Shown: in pieces, positions 27,870 through 35,664 of the stretch
How the letters are laid out: each line of letters opens with the position of its first letter
How positions within the stretch are numbered: the first letter of the stretch is position 1
Source: a bacterium
GTDB taxonomy: Bacteria > Pseudomonadota > Gammaproteobacteria > Arenicellales > Poriferihabitantaceae
Reading direction: 5' to 3'
Assembly (NCBI GenBank): GCA_051008875.1
Contig: JBPCXC010000313.1
Coordinates: 1 to 35,664 of the forward strand
DNA length: 35,664 nucleotides
The notes under the pieces: model-generated
Told to the model about the DNA's origin: nothing
What the model saw: only the letters and a program-made list of their open reading frames with translations
The model's database searches: none
Made by a program: the position numbers and the translations under genes

Positions 27870-29003
27870 ATGTCCATACCCGAACCGAGTTTCTCGATCG
27901 GCATCGAAGAGGAGTACATGCTGGTTGATCCCGCCAGCGGCGCGTTGGCGCGCAATGTGCCGCGCGCGTTGATGCCGGCGATGAAGCGGCGCCTCGGCAA
28001 GGCGGTGTCGTCCGAGTTCCTGCAATCGCAAGTCGAGATCGGCACGCGCCCGTGCAAGTCGGTGGCGGCGGCGCGGCGCGAGTTGATGCGGCTGCGCGCC
28101 ACCGTCGCCGAAGTTGCGGCGCACCACGACCTCGCCATCATCGCCGCTTCGACTCATCCATTCGCCGAAGCCGAAGGCCAGCAGATCACCAAGCGCGCGC
28201 GATACGCCGCGCTCGCTAACGACTTGCAAGCGGTGGTGCGCAGGTTGTTGATCAGCGGCATGCATGTGCATGTCGGCATCGACGACGACGAGTTGCGCGT
28301 CGATCTGATGAACCAGGCGAGTTACATCCTGCCGCATTTGCTCGCGCTCAGCACTTCGTCGCCGTTTTGGCGCGGCGCCGACACCGGGCTGAAGTCGTAT
28401 CGCCTGTCGGTGTGGGACGAGATGCCGCGCACCGGGCTGCCGTATCCGTTCGAAACGTACTCCGACTATCGCCGGCATGTGGACACACTGGTCGGCGCCG
28501 GCGTGATCGAGGACGCGACCAAGGTGTGGTGGGACTTGCGAATTTCCGCGCGCTATCCGACGCTGGAGATGCGCATCTCCGACCTATGCACCAACGTGCA
28601 CGACGCCGCCTGCGTCGCCGCGTTGTTTCAATGCTGGCTGCGGATGCTGTATCGCCTGCGACTATCCAACCAACGCTGGCGGCAATACTCCAACTGGCTG
28701 CTCGAAGAGAACCGCTGGCGCGCCTGCCGTTACGGCATCGACAGCGGGCTGATCGATTTCGGACGCGGCTTGATTATCGAATATCCAACGCTGCTCAACG
28801 AAATCCTCGGCTTGATCGCGCAAGACGCCGAAGCGCTCGGCTGCGTCGGCGAAGTAAAGCACGCCCGCGCCATCGTCCGCCGCGGCACCAGCGCGCATCG
28901 TCAACTGCGCGTGTATCACAAAGCGCTCGCGCGCGGCGATTCGGAGACCGGCGCGTTGATTAAGGTGGTGAACTGGCTACGGAAGGAGACGCTGCGGGCT
29001 TAA
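27870..29003 (+). CDS. ybdK: YbdK-type carboxylate-amine ligase (glutamate-cysteine ligase family 2)
   Basis: The N-terminus is SFSIGIEEEYMLVD. The length (377 aa) and overall pattern fit the GCS2 family. Confidence 0.85.
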   Translation: MSIPEPSFSIGIEEEYMLVDPASGALARNVPRALMPAMKRRLGKAVSSEFLQSQVEIGTRPCKSVAAARRELMRLRATVAEVAAHHDLAIIAASTHPFAEAEGQQITKRARYAALANDLQAVVRRLLISGMHVHVGIDDDELRVDLMNQASYILPHLLALSTSSPFWRGADTGLKSYRLSVWDEMPRTGLPYPFETYSDYRRHVDTLVGAGVIEDATKVWWDLRISARYPTLEMRISDLCTNVHDAACVAALFQCWLRMLYRLRLSNQRWRQYSNWLLEENRWRACRYGIDSGLIDFGRGLIIEYPTLLNEILGLIAQDAEALGCVGEVKHARAIVRRGTSAHRQLRVYHKALARGDSETGALIKVVNWLRKETLRA

Positions 29004-29060
29004 GCGGCGGATTGTTCGCGGGCGGATTGTCCGGCGGCGGCGCATCGCGCCAGCGTTGCG

Positions 29061-29534
29061 TCATCCGCGAATTTCATCGCGCCCGACCACCGCCATCAAA
29101 GTCGCGTTCATCTGTGCGATCAACTTCCGCTCGTCGCCGCGCTGCGCCCACGCCTCGCCGTGGGCGAAAGTGATCGTCCGCCCGGGCTTGACCACGCGGC
29201 CAAGCGCGACAAACCGCTCGCCCTGCGCCGGCGCCAGCAGACTAATCTTGAACTCCACCGTCAACACCGCCGCATCCTCCGCCATCAGCGAAAACGCCGC
29301 ATAACCGCACGCGCTGTCGAGCGCGGTGGCGATCACGCCGGCGTGAATGAAACCGTGCTGCTGACTCAACTCGAATTGATACGGCAGACCAAGATCAACT
29401 TCCCCGGGCGCAACGCGATCAAGCGAAATGCCGAGCGTTTGCATCGCTTGTTGGCGATTGAAACTATCCTCGACACGCTGGCGATAGTGCGAGGTTCGGG
29501 GGTGGAATTGCGGGGGTGAATCGGTTGAGGTCAA
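29061..29534 (-). CDS. PaaI-family hotdog-fold thioesterase
   Basis: The core is QQHGFIHAGVIATALDSACGYA. The TTG at 29534 gives 157 aa and coincides with the GC shift. The track ORF continues to GTG 29720 through DNA of about 37% GC, so the start is uncertain. Confidence 0.7.
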   Translation of the reverse strand: MTSTDSPPQFHPRTSHYRQRVEDSFNRQQAMQTLGISLDRVAPGEVDLGLPYQFELSQQHGFIHAGVIATALDSACGYAAFSLMAEDAAVLTVEFKISLLAPAQGERFVALGRVVKPGRTITFAHGEAWAQRGDERKLIAQMNATLMAVVGRDEIRG

Positions 29535-29765
29535 AACGATTACAGGCGGCGGAGAGGCAGAGGCATTTTGGCAATTAAGGACATTTAAAATCCAAGTGTA
29601 TTTCTTTCTACGCCCATCGGTGTCAGCCTCAAATTTTTTGCGGTCATTCAGCAAAACATTTTTCAACAAGCCCCCGACACTTTGGCCAACGACTCTGTGT
29701 GCTTTATCGTGAAGTTTCACATCACTTAGGCGCTCATAGAAACTCGCTTGTATCTGTGCTCGATT

Positions 29766-30008
29766 CTACACAATATCCCGCAACCTATCCACCACATCCC
29801 GCTCAAAATCAACCTCCCGCAAATCCTCCGCCAGCCGCGCCAATCGGATATGTCTCAATCGGGGCTTTGTGCCGGTCAAGTTGTGTTTTAATTTTTGCAT
29901 CGCTTCACTGCGATATAACGCGCACAGCAAACGCGCATACGGATTGAGTTGCGCGCGTCGAAATCGCCGCTGGTATCGGGGCGATAAAAACTCCTCAAAA
30001 GGAATCAC
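29766..30008 (-). CDS. Hypothetical 80-aa ORF in a low-GC islet (GTG start)
   Basis: This is a track ORF only. I recognise no family, and it may be a gene remnant. Confidence 0.25.
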   Translation of the reverse strand: MIPFEEFLSPRYQRRFRRAQLNPYARLLCALYRSEAMQKLKHNLTGTKPRLRHIRLARLAEDLREVDFERDVVDRLRDIV

Positions 30009-30096
30009 CCTGCAATCGGTGGGCGGGCGAATGTTGTTCTTTAAGTATCGTTGAACGCGGACAGGATGACGCTGACGGCGGAGGCTACTTGTCTCG

Positions 30097-31191
30097 CTAC
30101 CCCCGAATCAACCCACTAATCCGATGCACCGCATCCACCAAGTAGCCGACCCGGTCCGGATCAATATCCGGAGTAATCCCATGCCCGAGATTAAAAACAT
30201 GCCCCGGCGCGTTGCCGAATTGTTGTAGCAGTCGTTCGGTTTCGGCTTCGATGGTTTCGGGGGTGGCGCGCAGGATGGCCGGGTCGAGGTTGCCTTGGAG
30301 GGCGACGCGGTTGCCGATGCGTCGGCGGGCTTGGTCGAGCGGCACGGTCCAGTCGAGCGATACCGCGTCGCAGTTGGTGTCGGCGATGGCTTCGAGCCAG
30401 TTGCCGCCGCCTTTGGTGAACAGGATCAGCGGGATGTCGCGGCTGGCGTCGTCGGCTTTGAGCGTTTCGACCACGGCGCGCATGTGCGCGAGCGAGAACT
30501 CCATGTAGTCGTTCGTCGCCAGTTCGCCGCCCCAGGTGTCGAACATCATCAGCGCTTGCGCGCCGGCGGTCGCTTGCGCTTTGAGGTAGTCGGCGACCGC
30601 GGCCGCGAGTTTTCGCAGCAGCATCCGCGCGCTGTCGGGCTGGTCGTGCAGCAAGCCTTTGGCGCGGCGGAAGTCGCGGCTGGCGCCGCCTTCGACCATG
30701 TAGGCGGCGAGCGTCCACGGGCTGCCGCTGAAGCCGATCAGCGGCGCGCGGCCGGCGAGTTCGCGCCGCGCCAAACGTGCGGCTTGCAGCACATAGGCGA
30801 GGTCGGTCTCGACTTCGATCGGCGCCAACGACTCGATCTCGCGGCGCGATCGCAGCGGGCGCTCGAAGCGCGGGCCGCCTTCGCCGAGCGACAGCCCGAG
30901 CCCCATCGCGTCCGGGATGGTGAGGATGTCGGAGAACAAGATCGCGGCGTCCAACGCGAATCGCCGCAATGGCTGCAAGGTGACTTCGCAGGCGAGTTCG
31001 GGGGTCTTGCACAGGGTCAGGAAGTCCCCGGCGCGCGTGCGCGTGGCGCGATATTCCGGCAAGTATCGGCCGGCTTGGCGCATAATCCAAATCGGCGTGC
31101 AGTCCACCGCCTCGCGCCGCAACGCGCGCAGCAAGCGGTCGTTTTGCAACCGCGCGGGCGCGGTTTTGCCGGCGGGTTGTGCGTTGTTCAT
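30097..31191 (-). CDS. hemE: Uroporphyrinogen decarboxylase
   Basis: It has PIWIMRQAGRYLPEYR. The internal ATG at 31191 gives 364 aa. Confidence 0.95.
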   Translation of the reverse strand: MNNAQPAGKTAPARLQNDRLLRALRREAVDCTPIWIMRQAGRYLPEYRATRTRAGDFLTLCKTPELACEVTLQPLRRFALDAAILFSDILTIPDAMGLGLSLGEGGPRFERPLRSRREIESLAPIEVETDLAYVLQAARLARRELAGRAPLIGFSGSPWTLAAYMVEGGASRDFRRAKGLLHDQPDSARMLLRKLAAAVADYLKAQATAGAQALMMFDTWGGELATNDYMEFSLAHMRAVVETLKADDASRDIPLILFTKGGGNWLEAIADTNCDAVSLDWTVPLDQARRRIGNRVALQGNLDPAILRATPETIEAETERLLQQFGNAPGHVFNLGHGITPDIDPDRVGYLVDAVHRISGLIRG

Positions 31192-31279
31192 TCGTCGCTT
31201 CGTCGTCGTCGGTGGCGCATGCGTGGTGCGACGAATGACTCGATGGATGTCGTTGTCGGCAACGTTCGCCGACAACGAC

Positions 31280-31597
31280 TTACTCGGTCGCTTTCAGCCG
31301 CGCGGTTTCAAATTGTCGCAGTTGCGCTTCGCTCGCCTCTTCGGCGAACTCCGCTTTGTATTGCGCATATGGCATGTCGTACACGATCTCGCGCGCGGTG
31401 TCGTAGTCCATTTCGACGCCGCGCTCGGCGCAAGCGCTGCGATACCATTTCGACAGGCAGTTGCGGCAGAAATAGGCGAGGTTCATCAGGTCGATGTTCT
31501 GCACTTCGGGATGCTTGCGCAGATGCTCGACCATCTTGCGATAGACCGCCGCCTCGATCTCGGTCTGCAACGGCGCGTCCAGTTCGGGCTTGGGCAT
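31280..31597 (-). CDS. DUF1244-family small protein
   Basis: 105 aa with VQNIDLMNLAYFCRNCLSKWY and EIVYDMPY, as I recall for DUF1244. The track ORF extension runs into repeat modules. Confidence 0.7.
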   Translation of the reverse strand: MPKPELDAPLQTEIEAAVYRKMVEHLRKHPEVQNIDLMNLAYFCRNCLSKWYRSACAERGVEMDYDTAREIVYDMPYAQYKAEFAEEASEAQLRQFETARLKATE

Positions 31598-31627
31598 GGG
31601 AGTCACGGGGTGGGTTGATGCGTTGGG

Positions 31628-31636
31628 AATGTAGCA
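31628..31636 (-). promoter_or_regulatory. Putative extended -10 TGCTACATT for the DUF1244-hemE operon
   Basis: The plus strand reads aatgtagca, about 31 nt upstream of the ATG at 31597. Confidence 0.35.
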
Positions 31637-31649
31637 TATCGGTTTTGAT

Positions 31650-31855
31650 GCAAGCGGGAATCCACCCTTCTTAGCCGTCTTTGCGCGTATCATCCTGATA
31701 CGCGCCCTTCGGGCTCGCTGCGCTCGCGAAAAAACGCTCCCGGCGTTTTTTCCCGCAACCATCTCCCCCGCCGTCATTCCCGTAGTCTGTTAAGCGGGAA
31801 TCCACACTCGCGAACGCGAGTGATGCAGCCCGAAGGGCTGCTTGCTTTTCGATGT
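31650..31855. repeat. Intergenic mosaic repeat element, locus D (half-hairpin + T module + H hairpin + S module)
   Basis: The T module spans 31676-31756, the H hairpin ATTCCCGTAGTCTGTTAAGCGGGAAT spans 31776-31801, CACTCGCGAACGCGAGTG spans 31805-31822, and GCAGCCCGAAGGGCTGC+TTGCTTTT spans 31825-31849. The element ends about 13 nt from the rnpB 3' end. Confidence 0.85.
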
Positions 31856-31867
31856 AAACGAAAGAGA

Positions 31868-32216
31868 GTAGTGGGAGTCGGCCGGTAAGCCGGGTTCTGT
31901 CGTGGACAGTCATTCATCTGGGACATTCGTCGCCGAATGCCTCAAGCAACCTACCCGGACCCGGCGAGGGCGCGCCATCGGGTCCCTATTCGGTCTTGCT
32001 CCAGGCGGGGTTTGCCGTGCCGCCGCTGTTGCCAGCGGCGCGGTGCGCTCTTACCGCACCTTTTCACCCTTACCCCGCGCAAGCGGGGCGGTATATTTTC
32101 TGTGGCACTTTCCGTCGGCTCGCGCCGCCCAGGCATTACCTGGCGCCTTGCCCAGCGGAGCCCGGACTTTCCTCCCCGCCACCGAAGCGACGGGGCGACT
32201 GCCTAGCCAACTCCCG
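31868..32216 (-). ncRNA. rnpB: RNase P RNA, bacterial type A
   Basis: The minus strand contains GGAGGAAAGTCCGGGCTCC, GGTAAGGGTGAAAAGGTGCGGTAAGAGCGCACC, GGGTAGGTTGCTTGAGG and AGATGAATGACTGTCCACGACAGAACCCGGCTTA. P1 pairs GGGAGTTGGC with GCCGACTCCC. The ends are accurate to about +/-5 nt. Confidence 0.95.
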
Positions 32217-32222
32217 CTGGCA

Positions 32223-32252
32223 AGAATACCGCATCGGCGGCACCGCAATCAA
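32223..32252 (-). promoter_or_regulatory. Putative rnpB promoter TTGATT-18-TATTCT
   Basis: The minus strand reads TTGATTGCGGTGCCGCCGATGCGGTATTCTTGCCAGCGGGAG. This places the predicted start about 7 nt after the -10, at the P1 5' end. Confidence 0.45.
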
Positions 32253-32424
32253 GGCGCCCCCCAAGCCCGCGTCCAGCGGGCGTTTCAGGTGCGCGCCCGG
32301 CGGGCGTTTCGGGCGCGCGGTCTGGGTGCGGTTTGTTTTTGGTATAGCGTGCGCGTATTGACTTTTGCATTGCCGCCGGGTTTTGAGTAGATTCAATCTC
32401 CGTAATCCAAATCGGAGAAAGACC

Positions 32425-33384
32425 ATGAAAAGCGAAGTTAACAAAATCCGCGCGGTCGCATTGGCCGCCGCGCTCGGCGCAGGCGCAACCGCCAACGCCG
32501 CCGACATCATCATCGGCGTGCCCAACTGGACTTCGGTCAAAGCCACCGCGCATGTACTGGAGGTGGTGATCGAGGACAACCTCGGGCTCGACGTCGAGTT
32601 GCAAACCTCGACCAACCCGATCGTCTTCGAGGCGATGGACTCGGGCGCGATGCACGCGCATCCCGAAGTGTGGATGCCGAACCAGCAGAACCTGCACGAC
32701 ACCTTCGTCAAGAACAAGGGCACGGTGGTGATGAATCCAAACGGCGTTGCCGGCGACCAGTATATGTGCGTGCCGAAGTACATCGCCGAGAAGCACGGCA
32801 TCACTTCCATCGACGACCTGACCAATCCGTCGGTCGCGGCGTTGTTCGACTCCAACGGCAACGGTCGCGGTGAGATTTTCATCGGCACGCCGGGCTGGGC
32901 ATCCACCAACATCGAGAAAATCCGCGCCAAGAGTTATGGCTACGACCAGACCTTCGACTTGATCGAGAAGGACGAGACCTTGGCGTACGCCGACCTCGCC
33001 AACGCGATCAACGCGAAGGAGCCGTGGGTCGGCTTTTGCTACACGCCGCATCACATGTTCGTGTTGCACGATTTGCACGTCTTGACCGAGCCGCCGCATG
33101 ACGAGTCGAAGTGGAAGACCGTGCAGCCGACCGACGACCCGGCGTGGCTGGATAAATCCTCCGCCGGGGTGGCGTGGCCCACCGCGTATCTGCATGTGCA
33201 TTACGCCAAGTCGCTGGAGAAATCGCATCCGCAGGTGGCGTCGCTGTTCAGCAAAGTGAAGTTGAACACCGACGCGGTCTCGCAGATGACCTACGCGTTG
33301 GCGGTGGACAAGAAAGACGCGTCGGCGTACGCCAAGGAATGGGTCGGCGCGAATGAGGACTTGGTGCTCAGCTGGCTTCAGTAA
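32425..33384 (+). CDS. Glycine betaine/proline-type ABC transporter substrate-binding protein (OpuAC/ProX family)
   Basis: It has a signal peptide MKSEVNKIRAVALAAALGAGATANA and IIGVPNWTS. It sits upstream of the ProV- and ProW-like genes. Confidence 0.8.
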   Translation: MKSEVNKIRAVALAAALGAGATANAADIIIGVPNWTSVKATAHVLEVVIEDNLGLDVELQTSTNPIVFEAMDSGAMHAHPEVWMPNQQNLHDTFVKNKGTVVMNPNGVAGDQYMCVPKYIAEKHGITSIDDLTNPSVAALFDSNGNGRGEIFIGTPGWASTNIEKIRAKSYGYDQTFDLIEKDETLAYADLANAINAKEPWVGFCYTPHHMFVLHDLHVLTEPPHDESKWKTVQPTDDPAWLDKSSAGVAWPTAYLHVHYAKSLEKSHPQVASLFSKVKLNTDAVSQMTYALAVDKKDASAYAKEWVGANEDLVLSWLQ

Positions 33385-33400
33385 CGGCTTGATAAGCCGT
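33384..33400 (+). other. Intercistronic stem-loop ACGGCTT-gat-AAGCCGT at the substrate-binding gene stop codon
   Basis: A perfect 7-bp stem starts at the last base of the TAA. There is no U-tract, so this is not a canonical terminator. Confidence 0.3.
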
Positions 33401-33471
33401 CGGCGCAGTTCGCGTCGGCGGCTTGTTTTCCCACCGCAACACCTGTCGCAACACCGGCGAACTCACGCGCG

Positions 33472-34575
33472 ATGAACGCGGATAGCGCAACCAACGCGAG
33501 CGGCGCGACGCAGCCGGTCGTCAAAGTCAGCGACGTATGGAAGATCTTCGGCGAGCGCGCGCCGGAGGCGATCGCCGCGATCCAAGCCGAGGGACTCGGC
33601 AAGCCCGAGGTGCTGGAGCGCTTCGCCTGCATCGTCGGCGTGCAAGCCGCCACCTTCGAGGTCTCGCGCGGCGAGATCTTCTGCATCATGGGGCTGTCCG
33701 GCTCGGGCAAGTCCACTTTGGTGCGGCACATCAACCGGCTGATCGAGCCGACCACCGGCGACATCGAGGTGCTCGGCCAGGACATCTCGCAACTCAACGA
33801 AGCCGCGCTGCGCAAGGTGCGCGCCAATCAAATCGGCATGGTGTTCCAGCACATGGCGCTGATGCCGCATCGCTCGGTGCGCGACAACGTCGCCTATCCG
33901 CTGGAGATCCGCGGCGTGCCGAAGTCCAAGCGCTGGGCGATCTCCGACCACACCCTCGAACTGGTTGACTTGGTCGGCTACGAAGACCGCCTGCCGAAGG
34001 AACTCTCCGGCGGCATGCAGCAGCGCGTCGGAATCGCCCGCGCGCTCGCCTCCGACCCGGAGGTGCTGCTGATGGACGAACCGTTCTCGGCGCTCGACCC
34101 GCTGCTCCGGATGCAACTGCAAGGGCAGTTCAAGTCGCTGGTGGCGCAACTCGACAAGACCACGCTGTTCATCACCCATGACCTCGACGAGGCGATCTAC
34201 ATCGGCCATCGCATCGCGATCATGAAGGACGGCGTGATCGTGCAGATCGGCACGCCGGAGGAGATCGTGATGAATCCGGCGGACGATTATGTGCGCGATT
34301 TCGTGCAAGGAATCTCCAAGTTGAATCTCATCAAGGCGCATTCCATCATGGAGCCGCTGGAATCATTCAGCGGCAGTTTGGAGGGCGCGGTGCGCGCCGA
34401 CGAGGGCTCGGATCTGGACAGCCTGATTGATCACGCGGTCGGCACCGACTTGCCGCTGGTGATTACCGCGGAGGGACGCGACGTCGGCGTGGTCACCAAG
34501 CCGCGGTTGCTGCGCGGCATCCAGGGCGGCAAGGACAGCGACAAGGAATCCGCGGGCGAAACCGGGCGCGCATGA
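33472..34575 (+). CDS. proV: Glycine betaine/proline ABC transporter ATP-binding protein with C-terminal CBS region
   Basis: It has Walker A GLSGSGKST, the signature LSGGMQQRVGIARAL and Walker B LLMDEPFSALD. The 367-aa length is typical of ProV/OpuAA. Confidence 0.9.
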   Translation: MNADSATNASGATQPVVKVSDVWKIFGERAPEAIAAIQAEGLGKPEVLERFACIVGVQAATFEVSRGEIFCIMGLSGSGKSTLVRHINRLIEPTTGDIEVLGQDISQLNEAALRKVRANQIGMVFQHMALMPHRSVRDNVAYPLEIRGVPKSKRWAISDHTLELVDLVGYEDRLPKELSGGMQQRVGIARALASDPEVLLMDEPFSALDPLLRMQLQGQFKSLVAQLDKTTLFITHDLDEAIYIGHRIAIMKDGVIVQIGTPEEIVMNPADDYVRDFVQGISKLNLIKAHSIMEPLESFSGSLEGAVRADEGSDLDSLIDHAVGTDLPLVITAEGRDVGVVTKPRLLRGIQGGKDSDKESAGETGRA

Positions 34576-35664
34576 TGGCAGAGCAAGACGAAATGGATGT
34601 GGTCGCGGCCTCGGACATCGAGGTCGATCGCGCCGCGCTGGACGCTTCCATCGAGGAGTTCGCCGGCGAAAGCGGCGACTACTACATCCGCAGTTTCCAC
34701 CGCATCCATTCCTCCACCGGCGCGCTGCCGTCGACCTTCAACCTGTTCGCCGCGCTGCTCGGCCCGGTGTGGGCGGCGGCGCGCGCGGTGTGGGGGATGT
34801 TCTGGGGCTTCCTGATCCTGGAGATCATCGCCTGGGTGCAGATCGGCCGCGGCTGGTGGGGCAATCCCGGCGCCTCGTTCCTCGACCGCGCCGCCAAGCA
34901 GCGCGAGCGCGCCGACGGCTTCCTCGAGCGCGCCAAGGACGCGTTGAGCAGCGGCGAAGACCCGGGTCGATTCGAGAAACTCGCCGACAACTTGACCGCC
35001 GCCGCCGAGAAGAGCGAGTTGCAAGGCATCGCCGCCAACGCCGAGTCGGTCAAGATCCTGCTCACCGGACTCGGTTTGCTGCTGGTGATTAAATTAGTGC
35101 AAGGCTTCTACGCCGACGCGGTGTACGAGAAGCAGTATTCGCGCTGGCGCATCGATCCGCGCGCGGTCGAGAGCGGCCGCAAGTTGCGCAACATCGTGCT
35201 CGGCGTGGTGCTGACGCTGATCATCGCGCCGCTGACGGTGTATGACTTCACCATCAGCAGCCCGCTCGAAATCCTCGCCGCGTTCCCGGAGCGGCAGATC
35301 TCGGCGTTGTTCATCGACGGCGAGAACGAGACGCTATACACCCACCTCGCGGTGTGGCTGGAGGCGCGCATCGACGCCGCCGCGATCGCCGGCGGCGGCG
35401 CCTTCGACAGCGTCACCGCGGCGGTGCGCTCGATCCTGAACGCCGTCGGGCTGATGCTGATCGGCACGCCGTGGCCGGTTGTGATGGTGGTCATCTGCGT
35501 GGTCGCGTGGCGCGCCGCCGGCGCGCGCGTGGCGATCTTCACCGGCGCCGCGCTGGCATACACCGCGCTGCTCGGCTACTGGGAAATCTCGATGGAGACG
35601 GTCGCGCTGGTCGGCGCGGCGGTGATCATCTGCGTTACCTTCGGCATCCCGCTCGGCATCTGGT
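34572..35664 (+). CDS. ProW-like ABC transporter permease with a long N-terminal extension; 3'-truncated by the window edge (absent from the supplied ORF track)
   Basis: I translated this by hand from the ATG at 34572 (an ATGA overlap with the proV stop); it has no stop before 35664. The C-terminal part, WPVVMVVICVVAWRAAG...VTFGIPLGIW, matches the start of the ProW permease core. Confidence 0.8.
   Translation, partial: MMAEQDEMDVVAASDIEVDRAALDASIEEFAGESGDYYIRSFHRIHSSTGALPSTFNLFAALLGPVWAAARAVWGMFWGFLILEIIAWVQIGRGWWGNPGASFLDRAAKQRERADGFLERAKDALSSGEDPGRFEKLADNLTAAAEKSELQGIAANAESVKILLTGLGLLLVIKLVQGFYADAVYEKQYSRWRIDPRAVESGRKLRNIVLGVVLTLIIAPLTVYDFTISSPLEILAAFPERQISALFIDGENETLYTHLAVWLEARIDAAAIAGGGAFDSVTAAVRSILNAVGLMLIGTPWPVVMVVICVVAWRAAGARVAIFTGAALAYTALLGYWEISMETVALVGAAVIICVTFGIPLGIW

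Noticed and set aside
29766-30008. The 80-aa ORF as a fragment of a REP-associated tyrosine transposase or Tn3-family N-terminus, based on the string RRFRRAQLNPYARLL.
   Set aside because: The only resemblance is a vague LNP..A match. None of the HUH or catalytic Tyr motifs are present, and the fragment is too short to judge without a search.
8168-31855. The possibility that the repeated ATTCCC...GGGAAT hairpins or the 14-bp tandem array (24118-24180) are CRISPR arrays.
   Set aside because: The hairpin copies are kilobases apart in different gene contexts, with no regular spacer architecture. The 14-bp units are directly abutted with no spacers. No cas genes are present.
31902-32390. Several 60-160-aa ORFs on both strands (31902..32390, 31937..32206, 31996..32361, 31951..32136, 32051..32248).
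   Set aside because: They lie across the RNase P RNA gene, whose conserved sequence blocks and P1 pairing account for the region.

Overview
High-GC (roughly two-thirds G+C by eye) chromosomal core region that looks gammaproteobacterial. Almost all of it is housekeeping genes. In order: SUMT (cobA/cysG, truncated by the window edge), phosphomannomutase, lpdA-sucB-sucA, moeB, a LysE exporter, cysC, a CAT-anticodon tRNA (probably tRNA-Ile2), rpoD, dnaG, leuS-lptE-holA-proA, engB, cytochrome c4, folD, a FabD-like acyltransferase, a homocysteine S-methyltransferase, a YbdK-type ligase, a PaaI thioesterase, hemE, a DUF1244 protein, RNase P RNA (rnpB), and a ProX/ProV/ProW-type betaine ABC transporter. 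The permease ORF runs off the window and is missing from the supplied ORF track. I found no complete defence island, CRISPR array, transposase or prophage. Six things are unusual. (1) A family of shuffled hairpin modules (intergenic mosaic elements) sits at four intergenic loci. (2) Four sub-kb low-GC islets are wedged between conserved gene pairs: three small membrane ORFs between rpoD and dnaG, an orphan beta-class DNA methyltransferase between dnaG and leuS, a 112-aa ORF between lptE and holA, and an islet between the thioesterase gene and hemE. (3) A 34-bp duplicate of the folD 3' end carries its own stop codon and lies next to a 14-bp GATC-containing tandem array. (4) Essential genes (leuS, holA, sucB) carry in-frame tandem or low-complexity insertions. 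(5) An extended -10 motif, TGCTAYAWT, recurs upstream of genes. (6) dnaG may be leaderless. All family calls come from motif recognition by eye; no searches were run.
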